In this document: piece after piece, positions 1 through 6,087 of the stretch
Position numbering within the stretch: the first letter of the stretch is position 1
Layout of the letters: the number at the start of each line of letters is the position of its first letter
DNA from: Caedibacter taeniospiralis
Lineage (GTDB): Bacteria; Pseudomonadota; Gammaproteobacteria; Francisellales; Francisellaceae
DNA length: 7,774 bases
Reading direction: 5' to 3'
Assembly: GCF_002803295.2 (NCBI RefSeq)
Contig: NZ_PGGB02000001.1
Span: 111,827-119,600, forward strand
The notes under the pieces: model-generated
The model's input: only the letters and a program-made list of their open reading frames with translations
Told to the model about the DNA's origin: nothing
Database searches by the model: none
Translations under genes and position numbers: made by a program

Positions 1-895
1 TATGAGAAATATTGTTCTTCAAAATATATTTGTGCAAACACTGAGAATCTGATCTTTTAAAATCAGGGATAATGTAGAGTCCAGCTCCACAACTTAAAGT
101 ACTAAAAATTTCCCATACCGAAGCATCAAATGAAATAGATGAAAATTGAAGGATTTTCGATTTGTAGTCGATAACCAGTTTTTCCTGTTCCGTGATGACC
201 AAATTGATTATGCTATGGTTCTCGATACATACTCCTTTAGGCTGTCCTGTGGTCCCAGAAGTATAAATCACATAAGCCAGATGATTTGCTGTAATTTGAG
301 GTAGTAGATTATCAGTGGGCAAGTCCTGATAACAGTTATCATTCAATGCAATCAGTTGAGCATTAGTAAGCATCTGCAGCTTTGATATATAGTGCGACTG
401 CGTCAGTAAACACGCAGCTTTGGTATCCTCAAGGATATATTTGATTCTTTCATCAGGATAACCTGGATCAATCGGCACATAAGCCGCTCCTGATTTGAGA
501 ATCCCTAAAATACCAATAATCATCTCGAGACTCTTATCCAGGCATAAGGCAATGAAGCTATCGGGTTTACTATGAGTAAGTAACGGTTCAGAGTTAAATT
601 GAGCTTCCTGGATTGCCGCCTTCGCGGCAATGACAAGTCTGTCACTCCCGCGAAGGCGGGAGTCTAGTTTAAAGGTGCAATTTAATCCTGATGTCTCACC
701 AAGTGATTGTAAGTACCTTGCTAACTGGTTGGCTTTGGCATTTAATTCAGCATAGGTAAGTTGATCTTTTTCAAAAACAACAGCGACATTATCTGGTGTC
801 TTGGCAACCTGCTCTTCAAATAACTGATGAATCGTTTTGTCTTTGGGATAAGGTTTGTCGGTGTTGTTCCAGTCGCAGAGTAGTTTTTTTTTTGA
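1..895 (-). CDS. Non-ribosomal peptide synthetase, adenylation-domain segment. It is truncated by the left window edge and has no start codon of its own, so it is reachable only by a frame change from the upstream C-domain frame.
   Basis: My own translation of the minus strand (codon starts at 895, 892, ...) is open from 895 to position 2. It reads SKKKLLCDWNNTDKPYPKDKTIHQLFEEQVAKTPDNVAVVFEKDQLTYAELNAKANQLARYLQSLG...FIALCLDKSLEMIIGILGILKSGAAYVPIDPGYPDERIKYILEDTKAACLLTQ...LAYVIYTSGTTGQPKGVCIENHSIINL...QFSSISFDASVWEIFSTLSCGAGLYIIP. The canonical A-domain core motifs are present: A1 LTYAELN (740-760), A2 LKSGAAYVPIDP (464-499), A3 LAYVIYTSGTTGQPKG (233-280) and A4 FDAS (119-130). The typical C-A linker LLxxWNxT..YP..IHQLFEEQ precedes them. 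A TGA at 898-896 closes this frame upstream, and there is no ATG, GTG or TTG near its 5' end. Confidence 0.88.
594..685. repeat. GC-rich palindromic double-hairpin repeat (MITE/REP-like) lying inside the NRPS A-domain coding sequence
   Basis: The outer inverted 8-mers are TTAAATTG (594-601) and CAATTTAA (678-685). Hairpin A is ATTGCCGC-cttc-GCGGCAAT (612-631), a perfect 8-bp stem. Hairpin B is ACTCCCGC-gaag-GCGGGAGT (644-663), also a perfect 8-bp stem. CCGCCTTCGCGG (616-627) is the exact reverse complement of CCGCGAAGGCGG (648-659). The arms CTGGATTGCCGCC (608-620) and GGCGGGAGTCTAG (655-667) match as inverted repeats at 10 of 13 positions. The element is a conspicuous GC island in AT-rich sequence. 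Its outer boundaries are approximate. Confidence 0.7.
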
Positions 896-2136
896 TCAAT
901 AGACATTAACTCATATTCAGATAATTTTTTATTTGTATTTGTTATAACTTCATTGATCAGAAACTTAAAATATTCAATAAAATAACTCGGAATATAATTT
1001 GTGTTATAGGCGATTTCATAAATCATTTTAACTTTGTCATAGACAAGAGATAACTCCACTGCTATGCCGCCATAAAAGAAACGGTTGCTTTCTGATTTAA
1101 CATTAACCAGTTGCATATCTGGAGATACCAGGTGGGTTTCTACAACGGAAGCGTTTGGCATAAAATCGACCTCTAAAGAGGATTTAAGGTGCTCAAATGG
1201 GATGCTTTGATACGGTTTGCTTGATTGATATTGATCTCTTGTGTGATCAAGCAGTTGAGTAAAGGTCATATTTGCTGATAACTTAACCCGCAGCGGAAAC
1301 ATACTGACAAAATAACCGACGATGTTACTAAATTCACTCGGGCGTATGTTTTTTGGATAAGACAACATAATGTCTGTCAGGTGAAAGCATCTATAGACAA
1401 AGGTACTGATTAAGGCATTAAAAAAAATAAACGGCGTTGTTTTGTGTGCCTTTAAAAACCTGCTTAAGGCTTTGGGATCAATATCAATACGTTGGCGTTC
1501 AACTTTAGCCGCAGCATCCTCAGTATATTTAGCCAAATCATTTTGCTGAGCGCCTTGAAGATAGATCTTCCAGTAATCGATGGTTTCCTGCTTTTTTTCA
1601 GCGATGATTTTTTCTTCATACTGTAAATAGTCTGCTAATGGATACGTTTTAAATTGTTGTATTGCTTCTAGACCTTCGTTATAAAGCTTTTCAAAAACCC
1701 TACTGAAAATGTCCGTGGTGAGTCCATCTGTAACAATATGATGCCAGACAAACTGAAAATAATGCGTCTGATCGTCTACGGTGATGAGCATGGCTCGAAA
1801 TAGACAATCTTTTTCCAGATCAAATGGTTTGGCTCTTAGCTTCTCAAGTATTTTAAGAACTTGTTCTTTTGTTGTGTTATTAAGTACTTGCTCAATAAAC
1901 TCACCGTCAAAATCATCCAGGATGATTTGACTTGCATCCCCTTCTGTTTCAACAAGCTGTGTTCTAAAAGCTTCGAAATGATTACCAATCGTTTGATATA
2001 TTAATCTGAATTTTTCTTTATCGAGGTTGCCATGGGCTTGATATGACACTGCAACATTATAGTTATCGCCTTTTGGATTGAGCTGATAGGCATACCATAA
2101 CTCTTGCTGCTGTTTTGTTAATCTAAAGTGCGTCAT
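742..2136 (-). CDS. Non-ribosomal peptide synthetase, N-terminal condensation (C) domain ORF. Downstream of the A10 run at 884-893 the encoded tail is out of frame relative to the A domain.
   Basis: This is the ORF-track ORF 742..2211. C-domain core motifs are present: C1 LTKQQQELWYAYQL, C2 HFEAFRTQL, C3 HHIVTDG (1723-1743), C4-like YPLADYLQYEE and C5-like VGYFVSMFPLRV. The track start at 2211 is TTG and adds 25 hydrophobic residues. The ATG at 2136-2134 sits immediately before the C1 motif and is preceded by GGGGTAAAA, so I prefer it as the start. The last 47 residues (NYSATGTTPTNLIPKT...PMLN, 883-745) are the A-domain linker read in the wrong frame. Confidence 0.88.
   Translation of the reverse strand: MTHFRLTKQQQELWYAYQLNPKGDNYNVAVSYQAHGNLDKEKFRLIYQTIGNHFEAFRTQLVETEGDASQIILDDFDGEFIEQVLNNTTKEQVLKILEKLRAKPFDLEKDCLFRAMLITVDDQTHYFQFVWHHIVTDGLTTDIFSRVFEKLYNEGLEAIQQFKTYPLADYLQYEEKIIAEKKQETIDYWKIYLQGAQQNDLAKYTEDAAAKVERQRIDIDPKALSRFLKAHKTTPFIFFNALISTFVYRCFHLTDIMLSYPKNIRPSEFSNIVGYFVSMFPLRVKLSANMTFTQLLDHTRDQYQSSKPYQSIPFEHLKSSLEVDFMPNASVVETHLVSPDMQLVNVKSESNRFFYGGIAVELSLVYDKVKMIYEIAYNTNYIPSYFIEYFKFLINEVITNTNKKLSEYELMSIDQKKNYSATGTTPTNLIPKTKRFISYLKSRLPRHQIMSLLFLKKINLPMLN
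884..893 (-). repeat. Homopolymer (T10 on the plus strand, A10 on the coding strand) at the C-domain/A-domain frame junction
   Basis: Counted directly: tag-tttttttttt-gatcaat. The C-domain frame reads att gat caa aaa aaa aac. The A-domain frame reads tca aaa aaa aaa cta ctc tgc gac tgg. One extra A (A11), or a -1 ribosomal slip, joins ...SIDQKKK to LLCDWNNTDKPYP.... Confidence 0.95.
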
Positions 2137-2240
2137 TTTTACCCCATAAAATACTATCACTGCTACGCATTCAAGCGCAACGACCCCAAGTTCGGAGAAA
2201 TAGTAAAGCAAAAGAGTCGTTAAACCTAGTAAATAAAGGT

Positions 2241-4133
2241 TTATTGAGAACGCATTACAAAGTCATTTTTTGGATAGTGGTTAGTTCTGACAGCATGAAG
2301 TTGCTGATTGATCACGTGAAAATAAACATCCTGCGTCGCAAGCTTTACTTGTGCAAGCTTAACCGTGATGCTGTCATCAAGTTCAATAGACGCTACCAGG
2401 GTGAGCTTTTTGATCAATGACAAAGCAGGGATGAAGACGGTTACGCGATTATTCTGCTGCTTTTCAATCACGATGGCATTTCCTTGCCATTCTGGGTTCT
2501 GCAGCAGATAGACACATTTCCAGTGGTTGTTACTAAAGCTTTCTGCTTGTCGTGCGGCTTTGATACCTGATTCGCTTTCGCCAATACGTGTTAGAATTTC
2601 CTCTCCTGAGAGTAAGACCTCGTTTTTTAGGAATCTGCGAAGCTGCTGATGCACAACCAGGTCCAGATAACGTCTTAATGGGCTTGTTGCCTGCACATAA
2701 GCCGTTAAACCCATGCCTGCATGTTTATCTGATTGACTCTTATATTGTCCTTTTTGCAGACGTCTTCTTATGCCAAACATCTCCGAGAGTAAGGTTGGGG
2801 AAAGCTCATCCTCCGTTAAATCATGATCGGGCTGAGTTGAGAAGGGTAAAGGGATGTTGTGCTTATCGGCAAAGGTTGCCACGGCAACTCCCGCCATGAG
2901 CATCGCATCGCGCACAAGGTGACGGCTGCGTAAAGTTTCCAGTGCAATAAGTTCAACTTTTTTATCTTTTAATTTGATTTTTACCTCTGGAAATTGCAGC
3001 TCCACGGCGCCCTGTTGTTTGCGATAAGCACTAAACTCATCCGCAAGTCTCGCAAAATAACTAAATGGTTGTTCATTCAGTCTATTTTCAGCTTCCTTGT
3101 AGCTTAAACGTGTCACTTTAATGGTTGATAACGCAATTTCCACGTCTTCTACTTGCCCCTCAATCAACCTAAAACCAATAGAAAGTGCGGGGGAGCTTTC
3201 GTGTAGTCCCAAGGCTAAATCATGGGTTATTTGATGCGGCAGCATGGGAGAAACCCCTTCGGGTAAGTACAAGTTACTCCCTCTAACCCTGGCTTCTTTA
3301 TCCATCTCGCTTTCAGGGGTAACCACGCAGGCGGGATCCGCAACATGTACCCATAGCTTTTGTGTCTGTTCATCAAAACTCAAGGCATCATCAGGATCGT
3401 GACTGTCTTCATCATCAATGGCGAAGCTTGCTAAATGAGTTAAATCAAGTCGCGTTTCTTTGGGCGTTTCAGGCACAGCAAATTGAGGTGCATGAAGGCT
3501 TACTCCCAAACGCTGTGGGTATGGATTTCTAAACTCATCCCAAAATCCTATGTCCAATAACAGCATATGGGCGTTAGGAAGGTTTTCTTCTTTATCTAAG
3601 AATTTAAAAAATCGACAGCTGGAAGACTGACCAAGCGCATAAGACTCAAGCTCTTTGATAAACGGTTCATCCGCTTGTGCATAGGTTTTTTGCCTGACAC
3701 GTTGAATAAAGTCTTCTAAGGCTTGTGCTTTTTGTTGTTTCTCTCGTGCTTGAGCTTCAATGTCTTCTACTGTTTTAGGATCATTCACGCCAATGTTGCC
3801 ATCTTCGGCATAAAAATGCAGCGCTTTTTGTACATGTTGCCATGTGGCATAAGCAGTGACACAGTTATATTCCCCATAAATAAGCTCGCTTAGCTCGTCA
3901 TAATCTGTTTTTGTGCCCTGCAATAAATTCCATGCTTCGAGAAACTCACCCTCACCTAAATTGGATGAAAGCATCTTAAAATTTTTAAAGCCACCTTCAT
4001 GGAGTAGCAACAAGTTTTTCTCTGGCAATTTAACCGTTTTTTCATCTTCTAACTCTATTTCAACTTTCTTATCAACAAAGCCAATCACCCTCGCGGGGCG
4101 ACCTTTAAAAATCACTAAACTATCTACTTGCAT
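2241..4133 (-). CDS. RNase II/R family 3'-5' exoribonuclease (RNB domain protein)
   Basis: This is a 630-aa ORF with an ATG start at 4133-4131. RNB catalytic motifs are intact: motif I AIDDEDSHDPDDALS (IDx5DxDDA), motif II LYLPEGVSPMLP, RDAMLMAGVAVA, and motif IV HAGMGLTAYVQATSPLRRYLDLVVHQQL (TSPxRRYxDLxxH). The N-terminus (LVIFKGRPARV...VEIELEDEKTVKLPEKNLLLLHEG) and a C-terminal beta-rich tail fit nucleic-acid-binding flanking domains. It does not resemble E. coli Rnb at the N-terminus, so I assign no gene symbol. Confidence 0.9.
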   Translation of the reverse strand: MQVDSLVIFKGRPARVIGFVDKKVEIELEDEKTVKLPEKNLLLLHEGGFKNFKMLSSNLGEGEFLEAWNLLQGTKTDYDELSELIYGEYNCVTAYATWQHVQKALHFYAEDGNIGVNDPKTVEDIEAQAREKQQKAQALEDFIQRVRQKTYAQADEPFIKELESYALGQSSSCRFFKFLDKEENLPNAHMLLLDIGFWDEFRNPYPQRLGVSLHAPQFAVPETPKETRLDLTHLASFAIDDEDSHDPDDALSFDEQTQKLWVHVADPACVVTPESEMDKEARVRGSNLYLPEGVSPMLPHQITHDLALGLHESSPALSIGFRLIEGQVEDVEIALSTIKVTRLSYKEAENRLNEQPFSYFARLADEFSAYRKQQGAVELQFPEVKIKLKDKKVELIALETLRSRHLVRDAMLMAGVAVATFADKHNIPLPFSTQPDHDLTEDELSPTLLSEMFGIRRRLQKGQYKSQSDKHAGMGLTAYVQATSPLRRYLDLVVHQQLRRFLKNEVLLSGEEILTRIGESESGIKAARQAESFSNNHWKCVYLLQNPEWQGNAIVIEKQQNNRVTVFIPALSLIKKLTLVASIELDDSITVKLAQVKLATQDVYFHVINQQLHAVRTNHYPKNDFVMRSQ

Positions 4134-4243
4134 TCTTGCCGTTAAAATACTACTTGCTCGTTGTCGCTATGGTACCAAAAAAGCGCATCAACAGGGATGA
4201 TTGTTACCACTTTTTTTCGTACACTCTTGAATCTGTCATTTTC

Positions 4244-4247
4244 AGGA
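4244..4247 (+). promoter_or_regulatory. Shine-Dalgarno (AGGA) for the SDR gene
   Basis: AGGA lies 9 nt upstream of the ATG at 4257 (ttcAGGAtgcctaatcATG). Confidence 0.5.
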
Positions 4248-4256
4248 TGCCTAATC

Positions 4257-5030
4257 ATGTTACCTTTACAACACAAACCCGTCGTGCTTATCACTGGCGC
4301 AAGCTCAGGCTTTGGTGCGGAAATGGCAAAAAAATACAATGCCAACGGTCACCCTGTGATCCTCACCGCGCGCAGAGCTGAAAAACTCACGACACTTTCG
4401 CAAATGCTTAACTCTCACTTTCCAATCCATATTGCTCAATTAGATGTCACAAACAAAACTGCCATTGATCAGTTCATCACCCAGCTGCCAGAGGAGATGA
4501 AAAAAATCGCTATTTTAGTCAATAATGCGGGTCTTGCTCTAGGTTTAGCAAGCTTTCAGGATGCCGATGAGCATGATTTTGAAACGATGATCAATACCAA
4601 TATTAATGGCTTGATCTATATGACTAAGCGCATACTGCCACTGATGCTTGAAAATCAAGCGGGTCATATCGTGAACATTGGCTCGGTTGCTGCCAACTGG
4701 CCTTATCCTGGAGGGCATGTTTATTGCGCAAGTAAAGCCTTTGTGCAACAGTTTTCGCGCGCGCTACGTTCTGATTTACATGGCAAAAATATTCGCGTGA
4801 CTGAGATTGAGCCAGGACTCGCGCAAACGGAGTTTTCCGTGGTGCGTTTTAAAGGGGACGCACAAAAAGCCGATCAAGTTTATCAAGGAACATCGCCACT
4901 GTTAGCCCATGATATTGCCGAAATTGTGTATTTTACAACAGCACTTCCGCCACACATCAACATTAATACTTTAGAGGTTATGCCAACTTGCCAAAGTTGG
5001 GCAGCGCTTAATATTGCAAGAACACAATAG
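4257..5030 (+). CDS. ydfG: NADP-dependent short-chain dehydrogenase/reductase, YdfG-like 3-hydroxy acid / malonic semialdehyde reductase
   Basis: The sequence carries the Rossmann motif VLITGASSGFG, the NNAG motif (LVNNAGLALG) and the catalytic S...YCASK (YxxxK). From memory, it aligns along its full length with E. coli YdfG: QLDV, ILVNNAGLALG, ETMI.TN..GL.YMT, GHI.NIGS.A..WPY.GG.VY...KAFV.QFS..LR.DLHG..IRVT.IEPGL..TEFS.VRFKGD..KA...YQ and LP.H.NINTLE.MP. The ORF-track start at 4161 is TTG and adds 32 non-homologous residues. The ATG at 4257 with its AGGA gives a 257-aa product, matching the family length. Confidence 0.88.
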   Translation: MLPLQHKPVVLITGASSGFGAEMAKKYNANGHPVILTARRAEKLTTLSQMLNSHFPIHIAQLDVTNKTAIDQFITQLPEEMKKIAILVNNAGLALGLASFQDADEHDFETMINTNINGLIYMTKRILPLMLENQAGHIVNIGSVAANWPYPGGHVYCASKAFVQQFSRALRSDLHGKNIRVTEIEPGLAQTEFSVVRFKGDAQKADQVYQGTSPLLAHDIAEIVYFTTALPPHININTLEVMPTCQSWAALNIARTQ

Positions 5031-5042
5031 TGCCAAATTACT

Positions 5043-5047
5043 GGAGA
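5043..5047 (+). promoter_or_regulatory. Shine-Dalgarno (GGAGA) for the transporter gene
   Basis: ctGGAGAgaaacttATG, with 7 nt between the motif and the ATG at 5055. It sits only 13 nt after the SDR stop codon (5028-5030), which implies co-transcription. Confidence 0.6.
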
Positions 5048-5054
5048 GAAACTT

Positions 5055-5939
5055 ATGTGGAGGGTTTTATCACTCATCGTTGCACAAATGGTGACAGGCA
5101 TTAATATCACAGGCTCTAAATTTTTAGTGACCCAAATGCCGATTATCGCCCTACTGGAAATACGTTTTATCGTTGGCAGCCTGGTTCTCTTTGTGTGCAT
5201 TCCCTTTATGCAGGGTAAAAATTCTAATGAGGTGAAAATATCATCGCTCAAGCGCCGTGATTGGTTAATTCTGGGTGTACAAGCCTTGTGTGCAGGCATG
5301 TTTTTCAATCTCTTAATGCTCTCAGGAATTCAGCTCACCAGCGCCAGCATGGCGGGGCTCATCGCAAGTACTCTGCCTGCGATCATTATTATTTTATCGT
5401 TCTTTATCTTCAAACAGCGTATTACTCGTTTTAAGGCATTGTGTATCATATTTGCCACCATTGGGCTGATTGCGATTAATGGTGCCAGCATCTCTGGCAC
5501 AGGCTTCTCAGCCTTATCTATCATTGGAGATGCCATTATTCTCTTAGCAATGATCCCTGAAGCGCTTTATTATGTGATTAGCAAATTCAAAAACAGCCAG
5601 TTATCTGCGGTAAAATCAGCATTTCTGATGAACTTTATCAATGCGATCGCGATGACGCCACTGCTGTTTTTTGCCAACTGGCATGCGTTATTCACCTTAA
5701 CTACTCATGCCTATTTTATCCTATTCTTAGTATCCATTTCTTCAGCACTATTTTATCTTTTCTGGTTCTTGGGTTGCAACCAGGTTAGCGCTGGTACCGC
5801 AGGGTTAGTAACGGCTGCCATGCCGATCTCAACCTTACTTCTTTCGTTTCTCTTCTTAGGTGAGCACATTACTCCAGTTCAAGGCATTGGCACTTTGCTT
5901 ATATTACTTTCGATTGCTTTTGGGGCAAGGAAATCGTAA
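5055..5939 (+). CDS. EamA/DMT (drug/metabolite transporter) superfamily permease
   Basis: This is a 294-aa protein, almost entirely hydrophobic, with about 10 predicted transmembrane segments arranged as two similar halves. This is the typical size and architecture of EamA-domain proteins (two 5-TM repeats). It has a strong ribosome-binding site and is separated from the SDR gene by 24 nt. The substrate cannot be inferred. Confidence 0.82.
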   Translation: MWRVLSLIVAQMVTGINITGSKFLVTQMPIIALLEIRFIVGSLVLFVCIPFMQGKNSNEVKISSLKRRDWLILGVQALCAGMFFNLLMLSGIQLTSASMAGLIASTLPAIIIILSFFIFKQRITRFKALCIIFATIGLIAINGASISGTGFSALSIIGDAIILLAMIPEALYYVISKFKNSQLSAVKSAFLMNFINAIAMTPLLFFANWHALFTLTTHAYFILFLVSISSALFYLFWFLGCNQVSAGTAGLVTAAMPISTLLLSFLFLGEHITPVQGIGTLLILLSIAFGARKS

Positions 5940-6004
5940 TTAAACACAAATATACAAGCCATTACCAGTATTAAAACAACTAACTTTCGCAGTTCTGCTA
6001 CTAC

Positions 6005-6087
6005 TCTCGTTCCCACGCGGGAGCGTGGGAAGCAGCTGCCGCCTTCGTAAAAATGGGCGGAAAGTAGCCCTGACCCCGTCACCCCTT
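6005..6087. repeat. GC-rich hairpin-containing intergenic repeat (REP/MITE-like)
   Basis: There is a perfect 9-bp stem with a 4-nt loop, TTCCCACGC-ggga-GCGTGGGAA (6010-6031). A weaker CCGCC...GGCGG pair follows (6039-6043 / 6056-6060), then a C-rich tail (gccctgaccccgtcacccc). It shares the 11-mer TGCCGCCTTCG (6037-6047) with the intragenic element (614-624). It is a GC island in an AT-rich 255-nt spacer. Boundaries are approximate. Confidence 0.55.

Noticed and set aside
2146-2180. Sigma70-like hexamers upstream of the NRPS start on the minus strand: TTGAAT-17 nt-TTTTAT, or TTGCGC-18 nt-TAGTAT.
   Set aside because: The predicted transcription start would leave almost no 5' UTR for the GGGG ribosome-binding site, and matches of this quality are expected by chance in AT-rich DNA. 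Similarly weak candidates upstream of 6195 (TTCCAA-18 nt-TATAAG, 6089-6118) and in the 4134-4256 region were not convincing either.
2137-2211. The TTG start at 2211, which would give the NRPS a 25-residue hydrophobic N-terminal extension (MLYYFSELGVVALECVAVIVFYGVK) and a possible membrane anchor.
   Set aside because: The start codon is TTG with no evident Shine-Dalgarno sequence. The ATG at 2136 lies directly before the C1 motif and follows GGGG. NRPS C domains do not normally carry such an extension. N-terminal proteomics would be needed to revive this idea.
2223-2242. A short AT-rich inverted repeat (AACCT...AGGTT) overlapping the exoribonuclease stop codon, considered as a terminator between that gene and the NRPS gene.
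   Set aside because: It has only a 5-bp AT-rich stem with a 10-nt loop and no clean U-tract, which is too weak. Read-through into the NRPS gene cannot be excluded.
2588-2899. 103-aa plus-strand ORF inside the exoribonuclease gene. The ORF at 3913..4200 (+) is treated the same way.
   Set aside because: Both lie mostly or entirely antisense to a well-supported CDS with intact catalytic motifs. Their composition is low-complexity and Pro/Leu/Arg-rich, and I saw no ribosome-binding site or recognisable motif. They are shadow ORFs.
4136-4381. ORFs at 4136..4381 (+) and 4142..4345 (-) in the divergent intergenic region, plus the TTG-initiated 32-residue N-terminal extension of the SDR (4161..4256).
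   Set aside because: They overlap each other and the 5' end of the SDR. The extension has no homology to the YdfG family, which begins just before the TGxxxGxG motif. The ATG at 4257 has a properly spaced AGGA. None of the overlapping ORFs has a recognisable motif.
4545-5536. Antisense ORFs at 4545..4748 (-), 4883..5308 (-) and 5330..5536 (-), opposite the SDR and transporter genes.
   Set aside because: They are antisense to two CDSs with clear family signatures. The 141-aa ORF even spans the intergenic ribosome-binding site. They show no motifs and are typical shadow frames.
6010-6031. The perfect 9-bp hairpin considered as a Rho-independent terminator for the transporter gene.
   Set aside because: No U/T tract follows the stem on either strand, and it lies about 70 nt beyond the stop codon within a repeat-like GC island. 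It fits better as part of a REP/MITE-like element.
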